Source: Candidatus Hydrogenedentota bacterium
GTDB taxonomy: Bacteria > Hydrogenedentota > Hydrogenedentia > Hydrogenedentales > SLHB01
Length of the DNA: 53,902 bases
Reading direction: 5' to 3'
NCBI GenBank assembly: GCA_045863335.1
Contig: BTVY01000050.1
Location: 1 to 53,902, forward strand
The translations under genes were made by a program, and so were the position numbers. How positions within the stretch are numbered: the first letter of the stretch is position 1; each line of letters begins with the position of its first letter. The notes under the pieces were generated by a model, which worked only from the letters and a program-made list of their open reading frames with translations, searched no databases and had not been told where the DNA came from. This document shows, piece by piece, positions 9,592 through 17,449 of this stretch.

Positions 9592-9672
9592 TAAGTTATT
9601 TTATTAAAATGAGTTGTGCGTATTTGGCATGTGCCAGTACTTCCCATCCCCTATGTTGGTACACCGTTTGCT
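9592..9672 (+). promoter_or_regulatory. Candidate sigma54 promoter with upstream AT-rich IHF-like site
   Basis: TGGTAC-accgt-TTGCT (9657-9672) fits GG-N10-GC. AT-rich imperfect palindrome AAGTTATTTT-att-AAAATGAGTT at 9593-9615. Confidence 0.5.
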
Positions 9673-9837
9673 CCATTCCCTTTTGCAGCCTATGTGCCAC
9701 GTACCTTCACCAATTATGCAGGCACACGGACAGCCGGGATCACGCACCCGTCCCGGCTGTCCCCTTCCTTGTAAGAAAGGCTCAACTTCCAGTGGTGGCT
9801 GACTTTTGTCAAGAGTATACTTTTATGGCACAAGATG

Positions 9838-9846
9838 TGGTATACT
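9838..9846 (+). promoter_or_regulatory. Extended -10 element upstream of pilC
   Basis: TGgTATACT about 30 bp before the ATG; RBS AGGAGGAG follows. Confidence 0.45.
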
Positions 9847-9878
9847 GTGCGGCGGGAAGTTAGGAGGAGATTGCGTCT

Positions 9879-11084
9879 ATGCCAACCTTTACCTACGTCG
9901 CCCGGACTCGCGACGGCCAAAAAAAAAGTGGAAGTTTGACCGCCGAAAGCCGCGGCGCCCTCGTCCGCAGCCTCCAGAGTCAAGGACTCATCCCCGACAA
10001 GATTCAGGAGCGCGGCAAGTCTGCGGGTCCCAAACGCGGACCGCGCGTGAAGTCCACCGAACTGCTCGTATTCACGCGCCAGTTGTCCACCATCGTGAAC
10101 GCCGGTCTTCCGTTGCTGCAGGGGTTGGACATTCTCGCGGAACAAACCGAGGATCAGCGATTCGCGCACGTGCTCGCGGAAATCGGGCAAGACGTGGAAG
10201 GCGGTGAATCCTTCTCGGAAGCGTTGCGCAAGCACCCACGTATCTTCACTGACCTGTATGTGAGCATGGTGCGGGCCGGTGAAGCGAGCGGTAACCTCGA
10301 CAACGTGCTGCTCCAGCTCGCCGACTACCTTGAATCCATGGAAGAACTCAAGCGCCGGATTCGCGCCGCCATGACCTATCCAGTGGTCGCCTTCAGCATG
10401 ATCCTTCTCATCGCGGCAGGTTTGATCATCTGGGTCGTGCCGCAGTTCGCGGAGATCTTCTCCAGCTTTGACGCGACCCTGCCCGCGCCCACGCGTTTGT
10501 TGATTCTGATTAGCGACACCCTTCGTAGTTGGCGCATGCTTGCCGTCATTGCCCTGGTTGTCGCAGCAGTGATCGCTTTCCGGATGTACGGGCAGACGGA
10601 CGCGGGCCGATACAACATTGACAAGATGACATTGAAACTGCCCGTGTTCGGCAAGATGCTGCGCAAGGTGGCGATCAGCCGGTTTGCGCGCACTCTGAGC
10701 ACGCTCACCCGTAGCGGCGTGGCCATTCTGGGTGCGCTCGAGATCGTGGAGCGCACCGCCGGCAACGAAGTGTTTGCCCGCGTCGTGCGCCAAGCCGGGG
10801 ACAGCGTTCGCGGCGGTGAGACCCTGGCCGAACCCCTCGCGCGAAGCGGGGAATTCCCCGCCATGGTAACGCGTATGATCGGCGTAGGTGAGAAAACCGG
10901 CGCCCTCGAACAAATGCTCGGCAAGATTTCCGATTTCTACGATTCAGAAGTGAAGGCCGCAGTCGATGCATTGACAAGCCTAATCGAACCCATCCTCATT
11001 CTAATGATGGGTATCGTGGTCGGCGGCATCGTCATTGCGCTCTTTATGCCAATTCTTCAACTTTCGAGCCTCGTTCAAAGCTAA
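9879..11084 (+). CDS. pilC: Type IV pilus / T2SS platform protein (GspF/PilC family)
   Basis: MPTFTYVA, FTRQLSTIVNAGLPL, VRAGEASGNL, AMTYP, VGEKTGAL, LIEP..LFMPI. Confidence 0.93.
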   Translation: MPTFTYVARTRDGQKKSGSLTAESRGALVRSLQSQGLIPDKIQERGKSAGPKRGPRVKSTELLVFTRQLSTIVNAGLPLLQGLDILAEQTEDQRFAHVLAEIGQDVEGGESFSEALRKHPRIFTDLYVSMVRAGEASGNLDNVLLQLADYLESMEELKRRIRAAMTYPVVAFSMILLIAAGLIIWVVPQFAEIFSSFDATLPAPTRLLILISDTLRSWRMLAVIALVVAAVIAFRMYGQTDAGRYNIDKMTLKLPVFGKMLRKVAISRFARTLSTLTRSGVAILGALEIVERTAGNEVFARVVRQAGDSVRGGETLAEPLARSGEFPAMVTRMIGVGEKTGALEQMLGKISDFYDSEVKAAVDALTSLIEPILILMMGIVVGGIVIALFMPILQLSSLVQS

Positions 11085-11097
11085 GCAGCGAAAGTCT

Positions 11098-11146
11098 AAA
11101 GGGGCGCGGCCTTGGGTATTCGCCCATGGCCGCGCCCCTTTCTCTT
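11098..11146 (+). terminator. Rho-independent terminator after pilC
   Basis: AAAGGGGCGCGGCC ... GGCCGCGCCCCTTT followed by CTCTT. Confidence 0.8.
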
Positions 11147-11409
11147 GCGCTTGTCACCGGATTTCTCATGTCGGCCCGGATTATTCCCGCTTGATTGGGT
11201 GTTTCCCATCCTACATAACGGCATTCCGTGCACTTGCGCTTCCTCGCTGGAATGGACCGTTCCGGCATTGAAAAGACCTCAACAGGATTCGCAGTGTGAA
11301 CCCGGCTTTCAATCCCCGTCACGGCGGTTTGGGAGCCGAATTCCCATTGTCAATGCGTCTCGCAGGACGTACACGAAGTGGACCCACAGGAAAGGAGCAA
11401 CTACGGACC

Positions 11410-12147
11410 ATGGATAACACGCGAAGAGATTTTCTCAAAACCGCCGGAACTGTCGCCGCCGCAGGATCGGTTATTGGAGTGCCGTTCGCCGCGTCGGCAC
11501 AGGGCGCTTCCGGCGAGAAATCGCTGGGCGCGCTAACGGAACACACGTTACCCCCGCTACCTTACGCGTATGACGCCCTGGAACCGTTCATCGACGCGGA
11601 AACCATGACCCTGCACCACGACAAACACCATGCCGGTTACGTGAAGGGCCTGAACGAGGCCGAGGCCAAGCTCGCCGAAGCACGCGCTTCGGGTGATTAT
11701 GCCCTGGTCCAGCACTGGTCGCGCAGGGCCGCGTTCAATGGCGGCGGCCATTTCCTGCACACCATGTTCTGGCAGATCATGGCACCGAACGGGAAGGGTG
11801 GCGGTGGAGAACCCACGGGCGTCCTGGCCGACAAAATCAAGGAGGATTTTGGCAGCTTCGAGGCGTTCAAGGCTCAGTTTTCCGCTGCTGCCAAGGGCGT
11901 GGAAGGGAGCGGATGGGCGCTCCTCCATCAACGCGTCACCGACGGTCGTCTAATCGTTCTTCAGGCGGAAAATCAGCAAAAACTGACCTCTTGGGATTGC
12001 GTGCCCCTGATGGGTATCGACGTGTGGGAGCATGCCTACTACGTAAAGTACCGGAACGATCGCGGCGCCTATGTGGACGCGTGGTGGAACGTGGTGAATT
12101 GGCCGAAAATCGGAGAGAACTTCAGCGCGCACATGGCGAAGGAATAA
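11410..12147 (+). CDS. Fe/Mn superoxide dismutase with Tat signal peptide
   Basis: LPPLPYAYDALEP, HHDKHH, NGGGHFLH, DVWEHAYY. N-terminal TRRDFLK and ASA cleavage site; RBS AAAGGAG. Confidence 0.93.
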   Translation: MDNTRRDFLKTAGTVAAAGSVIGVPFAASAQGASGEKSLGALTEHTLPPLPYAYDALEPFIDAETMTLHHDKHHAGYVKGLNEAEAKLAEARASGDYALVQHWSRRAAFNGGGHFLHTMFWQIMAPNGKGGGGEPTGVLADKIKEDFGSFEAFKAQFSAAAKGVEGSGWALLHQRVTDGRLIVLQAENQQKLTSWDCVPLMGIDVWEHAYYVKYRNDRGAYVDAWWNVVNWPKIGENFSAHMAKE

Positions 12148-12170
12148 TCGCAACCCGGCTTGTTGTCAAT

Positions 12171-12203
12171 CGCGAGGCCATCCCGAGGGAGGTTGGCCTC
12201 GCG
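12171..12203. terminator. Hairpin between convergent SOD and SSS genes
   Basis: CGCGAGGCCA ... TGGCCTCGCG stem. Confidence 0.65.
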
Positions 12204-12263
12204 TTGCGTTTCCTCGTAACCTGACTGCCACGCATACCGGGTATGAGCCGCGATTGAACGAGC

Positions 12264-13664
12264 TTACTCTTTGATTGCTCTAATTGCGGATACCAATTCC
12301 GGGGAGCGTTCAGCCCAACCCATTATCAGATAGGTTAGAAAGGCGGCGGCAAGCGACAACAGGTAGGGGTAGGGGAGAGTCAGAACGTAACTTCCAAAAA
12401 TCCACGAGGCACCGCCCACAGCAAGAGTTGCGAATGCGGCGGCCCGGCCTCCAAAGTTGGTGAAAAGCGCGAATACCACGACGACAAAGATCCCGGATGA
12501 ACCGAACGCCGATGCCTCTTCAACCAGTTCGTAAACGCCCCCCGCCTGCCAGGCTAGAATATACGCGACGATCCCAAGCACAACGACCGACACGCGTGCC
12601 GTTCTCACCTTCGTCCGATCGGTCGCTCCAGGAAGCATCGGCACGATGAGATTGTGGGAAAGCAGCGCAGATGCGGCAAGCAGCGCACTGTCCACCGTCG
12701 AAAGAATCGCCGAAACCAAGGCGCCGGCAAACAGCACGTAAAGAAATGTGGGCAGCAGTTCGCGCGCCGCCGCTGGCAACAGTTGCTCGGGATCTTCCAG
12801 ACCTGGCACGAGCGACGGACCAACGAGGCCAAGCATTGCGGGAAGTAGTCCGACGCAGACATACAGCCCTGACGCGGATATGGTCGCCGCACGCGCCACA
12901 TTAGCGCTGCGCGCGGCCAAGGTCCGCGCGACCAATTCCTGCGCCACAACGGATCCAAATATGGGAATCGCCCAAGCCTCGATGCGCTCCAGCGGCGTCA
13001 CGCCGCCTCCGGTGAACACGCGAAACCGGTCCGGTTCCACGGTAGCCATCGCCGCCTCGAAACCACCCAGGGCGTTCATTCCGACAATGAACAGAACGAC
13101 AAGTCCCACGATGAGCGCGATGCCCTGAATCAAATCCGTGATCGCGTCCGCGAGCAAACCGCCGGCAACGGTGTAGGTAATCACCACGACGGCCGCCATG
13201 GTGATCCCCGTTCCCGCGGAGAAATCTGACGAGACTGCGATGACATGTCCAAATGCCCGAATCTGCGCGGCGGCCCACATCACGGAACCGGGAATCATGA
13301 GTATGACTGCCAACTCTTCGACGCGATGGGAATAGCGTTCGCGAAAGAGATCTCCCAAAGTGGTGAGCTTGCGTTTCCACAGGGGGTAGGCGAACACGGC
13401 GCCCATCACAAAAAGGCACAGGGCGTACCCGAACGGGTCGGCGCGTCCTCCCGCGAGCCCTTCCTCATAAATGGCTCCGGCCGAACCTATGCACGTCTCC
13501 GCGCCAAACCACGTGGCGAAAACCGTCATCATCGTAATGCCGAACTTGAGCCGCCGCCCCGCGAGGAAGTATTCGTCCTCGCTGGTCATGTGTCGCGATA
13601 CAACCAGCCCGATGGTCAGTTGAATCACAACATAGACCAACACCCCCAGGAAGACAAGATTCAT
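12264..13664 (-). CDS. Sodium:solute symporter (SSS) family transporter
   Basis: EYFLAGRRL, ATWFGAET, GGLLADAITD, SAILSTVDS; about 13 TM segments. Confidence 0.9.
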   Translation of the reverse strand: MNLVFLGVLVYVVIQLTIGLVVSRHMTSEDEYFLAGRRLKFGITMMTVFATWFGAETCIGSAGAIYEEGLAGGRADPFGYALCLFVMGAVFAYPLWKRKLTTLGDLFRERYSHRVEELAVILMIPGSVMWAAAQIRAFGHVIAVSSDFSAGTGITMAAVVVITYTVAGGLLADAITDLIQGIALIVGLVVLFIVGMNALGGFEAAMATVEPDRFRVFTGGGVTPLERIEAWAIPIFGSVVAQELVARTLAARSANVARAATISASGLYVCVGLLPAMLGLVGPSLVPGLEDPEQLLPAAARELLPTFLYVLFAGALVSAILSTVDSALLAASALLSHNLIVPMLPGATDRTKVRTARVSVVVLGIVAYILAWQAGGVYELVEEASAFGSSGIFVVVVFALFTNFGGRAAAFATLAVGGASWIFGSYVLTLPYPYLLSLAAAFLTYLIMGWAERSPELVSAIRAIKE

Positions 13665-13705
13665 GGTCTATCCATCCGCGGTTGAAATGTCGATCCCACT
13701 ACCCG

Positions 13706-14593
13706 CTAATCGAGGAACCGCTTCTCCAATCCGCCGTAGGCATCGATTCGCCGGTCGCGCAGGAACGGCCAGATGCGGCGCACATCTTCGCCTCGACCGA
13801 GGTCCACGTCGACGACAAGCACTTCCTCCTTATCCGTGGAAGCTTGCGCCAGGATTTCTCCCTGCGGCCCCGCGACGAAGCTCGATCCCCAGAATTGAAT
13901 GCCCTCGGTTACCCCGGAAGGATCCGGCTCGAACCCCACCCGATTTACGCTGATCACCGGAACGCCGTTGGCGACCGCATGGGCGCGTTGGATCGTAATC
14001 CACGCGTCGCGCTGGCGTTCTTTCTCGTCTTGCGGATCGGATGGTACCCAGCCAATGGCAGTCGGGTACACGAGCATATCCGCGCCGCGCATGCACATGA
14101 GACGGGCGCCTTCGGGGAACCATTGATCCCAGCAAACCAGAGAACCCACGCATCCAACGGACGAGTGAATCGGCACGAAGCCGAGATCCCCTGGTGTGAA
14201 ATAGAACTTCTCGTAATAGCCGGGGTCGTCGGGGATATGCATCTTGCGATATTTTCCCGCGATGGAGCCATCCCGCTCCAGAACGACCGCCGTGTTGTGA
14301 TAGAGCCCCGCGGTCCGGCGTTCAAAGAGGGACGCCAGGATGACCACGCCGCACTCTTTGGCGACCACGCCCAGTTTTTCGGTGGTTGCTCCGGGAACTG
14401 GCTCGGCCCTATCGAAGACCGCGGTATCCTCGCTTTGACAGAAGTAGGGGCCCGTATGCAGTTCCTGCAAGGCCACAAACTGCGCCCCGTCGTTGACCGC
14501 AGTTCTAATGTAGCCGATGGTACGCTCCAGGTTTTCTTCGCGGTTCTCGCGACACCTTTGCTGTACCAGGCCCACACGGACAGAGGCGTTCAT
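13706..14593 (-). CDS. aguB: N-carbamoylputrescine amidase (carbon-nitrogen hydrolase)
   Basis: Catalytic triad in QELH, YRKMHIPDDPGYYEKFYF and VCWDQWFPE; YPTAIGW. ATGA coupling to aguA. Confidence 0.88.
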   Translation of the reverse strand: MNASVRVGLVQQRCRENREENLERTIGYIRTAVNDGAQFVALQELHTGPYFCQSEDTAVFDRAEPVPGATTEKLGVVAKECGVVILASLFERRTAGLYHNTAVVLERDGSIAGKYRKMHIPDDPGYYEKFYFTPGDLGFVPIHSSVGCVGSLVCWDQWFPEGARLMCMRGADMLVYPTAIGWVPSDPQDEKERQRDAWITIQRAHAVANGVPVISVNRVGFEPDPSGVTEGIQFWGSSFVAGPQGEILAQASTDKEEVLVVDVDLGRGEDVRRIWPFLRDRRIDAYGGLEKRFLD

Positions 14594-15648
14594 TCCAGCA
14601 CTCCTTTGGGAATCTGCATGGTGACACAATGCAGCGACCCATGCTGCGCGATCAAGGTACGGCAGGGGATGCCGACGGTAGCCCGGTCCGGAAAACAGCC
14701 TTGGAGAATCGTCAGCGCTTCCTCATCTTCCGCCACACCGTACGTGGGCACCAGGACGGCGCCATTGATGATGAGGAAATTTGCGTACGTCGCTGGGAGC
14801 CGATGCCCCGATTCATCGAAACACGGAGTCGGCATGGGGAGTCCTACGAGACGATACGGCGTGCCATTCCGCGTACGGAATGCAGCAAGCTCCTGTTCCA
14901 TCGCGCCCAAGGCGTCAAAATGCTCGTCATGGGGGTCGCGGCAGGTGGCATATGCGATGGTAGACTCGTCGCAGAAGCGTGCCAGCGTATCTACGTGCGA
15001 GTCGGTGTCGTCGCCGGCGAGGTATCCGTGGTTGAGCCAGAGGACTCGATCGAGACCAAACAGTTCGAGCAACGAAGCTTCAATCTCGTCACGGGATAGG
15101 TTCGGATTACGCGTCGGTGTCAGGAGGCATTGTGACGTCGTAAGCAGGGTGCCGGCGCCGTCGGACTCGATCGAGCCGCCTTCCAGCACGAAATCCACCG
15201 CGTGAATGTCCGTGGTCCCAAAAGCGCCCGACTTATGAAGTTCTCGCGTCACCAGATTGTCGCGTCCCGCCTGAAACTTGCCTCCCCATCCATTGAACTC
15301 GAAATCGAGGAGGAGCGGTGTTCCGTTATCGAGAACGGTAACAGGGCCATGATCCCGGGCCCACGTGTCGTCAGAAGGCACATTGAAGATGCGTATCTTA
15401 TTCCGATCGATGTCCGATCGTTTGAAAAGTGAGACAAGATGTTCGACGTCCGCCGCCGCGACAATCACCAATTCGCGTTCAGCAATCCGCCGCGCGATCT
15501 CCAGAAAAGTGGGCTCGACCACGTCCAGGTCCGGACCCCAGTCGCTGTCGGGGTGAGGCCAAGTAAGTTGCACAGCGCATTGCGCTTCCCACTCCGCGGG
15601 CAACCGGCGGCGTCCTTCCTGCCGACCCTGTAGTTCGAGAGAGGTCAT
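14590..15648 (-). CDS. aguA: Agmatine deiminase (peptidylarginine deiminase family)
   Basis: LPAEWE, DDTWARDHGP, LEGGSIESDG, GDDTDSHVD, ATYANF, HGSLHCVT. Confidence 0.9.
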   Translation of the reverse strand: MTSLELQGRQEGRRRLPAEWEAQCAVQLTWPHPDSDWGPDLDVVEPTFLEIARRIAERELVIVAAADVEHLVSLFKRSDIDRNKIRIFNVPSDDTWARDHGPVTVLDNGTPLLLDFEFNGWGGKFQAGRDNLVTRELHKSGAFGTTDIHAVDFVLEGGSIESDGAGTLLTTSQCLLTPTRNPNLSRDEIEASLLELFGLDRVLWLNHGYLAGDDTDSHVDTLARFCDESTIAYATCRDPHDEHFDALGAMEQELAAFRTRNGTPYRLVGLPMPTPCFDESGHRLPATYANFLIINGAVLVPTYGVAEDEEALTILQGCFPDRATVGIPCRTLIAQHGSLHCVTMQIPKGVLE

Positions 15649-15967
15649 GGAACAACTTACCTTGCGAATTCGCGCCACTATCGGCGTCGAGGGGAAAGGC
15701 GATTCTGTAGACAACATGACAGCCGTCTTCGCGCAGACGGCTGTCCTAAAAGGCGTTGCATACCTATACGCGTACTCACCGCGATGGAAACCCCGTTGTT
15801 ACTTGAGGGTTCTCGGTGTGGTGAGCCATAGTCTAGAAAAAAATCCGTACGCTCCCGGGCACAACCCTTTTACGCACGTCTTGAACGTCTGTGTGACTCA
15901 GTCTGGACGGAAGTCCTGTTATACCGCGCACTTCCCGCGACGCATCCGCGCGCGCGACAAAAGGGGA

Positions 15968-16357
15968 TCAGAAAGACGTCCCGCCGCCGCTCTCACCGCC
16001 AGACGCGGGAGAATCCTGGGAAGATGCCGGCGGAGCTGTGCTCGACGGTGCTTCGCCGCCCGAGGACGCTTCACCTGGCTTGGTATCGGCGATGAGTTCC
16101 TTCATCTTCTTGCCAGGACGAAACGTAACTACACGTCGTTCAGGCACAGGAACTTGCTCGCCTGTACGAGGGTTTCTGCCGATTCGCGAGGCGCGGGTCT
16201 TGACTTCAAACACGCCGAAATCGCGCAGTTCCCAACGCTGCCCTTCGGCGAGCGTGCGGGAAATGGTGTCGAAGGTACCTTCGATGATCTTGGCAACATC
16301 GCTTTGCGTCATACCCAGCGTGTTTGCCACCCGGATCACCAGTTCTCGTTTTGTCAT
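15968..16357 (-). CDS. HU/IHF-family DNA-binding protein with Ser/Gly-rich C-terminal tail
   Basis: MTKRELV..LRDFGVFEV..GRNPRTGE..VTFRPGK. Confidence 0.93.
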   Translation of the reverse strand: MTKRELVIRVANTLGMTQSDVAKIIEGTFDTISRTLAEGQRWELRDFGVFEVKTRASRIGRNPRTGEQVPVPERRVVTFRPGKKMKELIADTKPGEASSGGEAPSSTAPPASSQDSPASGGESGGGTSF

Positions 16358-16447
16358 TGTCACCGAGCCAGACCCTCCTTCCACTGACGGCCTGCCCCCG
16401 CCTGTGCGGGAGCGTGCACCCATTGCACCGAACTTAGGACGAATTGC

Positions 16448-16476
16448 ATTATACGTATAGCCTTGATTTTTCGCAA
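16448..16476 (-). promoter_or_regulatory. Sigma70 promoter for HU/IHF gene
   Basis: TTGCGA-N17-TATAAT on the minus strand. Confidence 0.75.
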
Positions 16477-16481
16477 GTCCA

Positions 16482-16502
16482 TTTCTAAAGGCAGTTTAGA
16501 AA
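16482..16502. promoter_or_regulatory. Perfect 8-5-8 palindrome, candidate operator
   Basis: TTTCTAAA-ggcag-TTTAGAAA between divergent promoters. Confidence 0.5.
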
Positions 16503-16556
16503 ATCTGACGGCGCTTGTCAACCGCCCTGATTCGCCCCCTCCACCGGTTCGGTGCT

Positions 16557-16585
16557 TTGACTCGCCTCAGTTACTGCCGTATACT
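16557..16585 (+). promoter_or_regulatory. Sigma70 promoter for site-2 protease
   Basis: TTGACT-N17-TATACT. Confidence 0.75.
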
Positions 16586-16674
16586 TGCGCGGCTTGGCCA
16601 CAGTCACCCTACCAAATGCTTGTGCCGCGGTTGAATAGTCAATTGGTTCGTAAAGTACTGGGAATAAACACGTT

Positions 16675-17334
16675 TTGGAGTCCTTCGGCGATATCGATAC
16701 CTCCAGGATCTTGATTCAGTTCATGACCCTGCTCTTCTCCCTGTGCGTCCACGAAGCTGCGCATGCCGCAACGGCCGACCGTTGTGGCGACCCCTCAGCC
16801 CGGCTGCTCGGGCGCGTGTCGCTTAACCCATTGGCCCATATCGATCCCGTGGGAACGGTGATTCTGCCCCTGATCATGATGATCTCCGGGATTCCGTATC
16901 TTTTCGGATGGGCGAAGCCCGTGCCATTCAACCCTGCGAATCTGAACAACGTTCGCCGCGATCCGGTGCTCATCGCCGTCGCAGGTCCGGTTTCAAACTT
17001 GATTATCGCCGTAGTCAGTGCTGTTGTGTTGAAAGTCATTATCATGGTCAACGCGCCAGAGAGCGTATCCGAGTTCCTAACCGCTCCGCAGTATACGATT
17101 CCCATGTCCCTCATTATGATTAACCTCTTGCTCATGCTGTTTAATCTGATTCCGGTGCCGCCCCTTGATGGCCATTACGTGTTGCACTACTTCCTGCCCC
17201 CCCAGGGCCAGAAGATGCTCGAATCCATCGGTCCCTTTGGCATTCTTATCGCAATTCTGGCAGTGAATACGGTCTTGCCCGGCCCCCTCCTGTTCCTGCA
17301 ACGTACGGTACTGCTCTTCGTTCTCGGCGGATGA
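16675..17334 (+). CDS. Site-2 protease, peptidase M50 family
   Basis: HEAAH zinc motif, GWAKPVP, AGPVSN, FNLIPVPPLDG. Confidence 0.93.
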   Translation: MESFGDIDTSRILIQFMTLLFSLCVHEAAHAATADRCGDPSARLLGRVSLNPLAHIDPVGTVILPLIMMISGIPYLFGWAKPVPFNPANLNNVRRDPVLIAVAGPVSNLIIAVVSAVVLKVIIMVNAPESVSEFLTAPQYTIPMSLIMINLLLMLFNLIPVPPLDGHYVLHYFLPPQGQKMLESIGPFGILIAILAVNTVLPGPLLFLQRTVLLFVLGG

Positions 17335-17372
17335 ACCGCGTCGCACGCAAAGTGCATCGCTCCACGTAATCC

Positions 17373-17381
17373 TGCTATAAT
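17373..17381 (+). promoter_or_regulatory. Extended -10 promoter for valS
   Basis: TGcTATAAT. Confidence 0.55.
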
Positions 17382-17449
17382 CCGGCCATTCATCCCCCAA
17401 GCTGAAACATCCAACCGTTCCCTGATTGGGACGGCTTTTCCAGGAGTGA

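Noticed and set aside
13682-15205. 507-aa plus-strand ORF
   Set aside because: Antisense to the well-supported aguA/aguB genes
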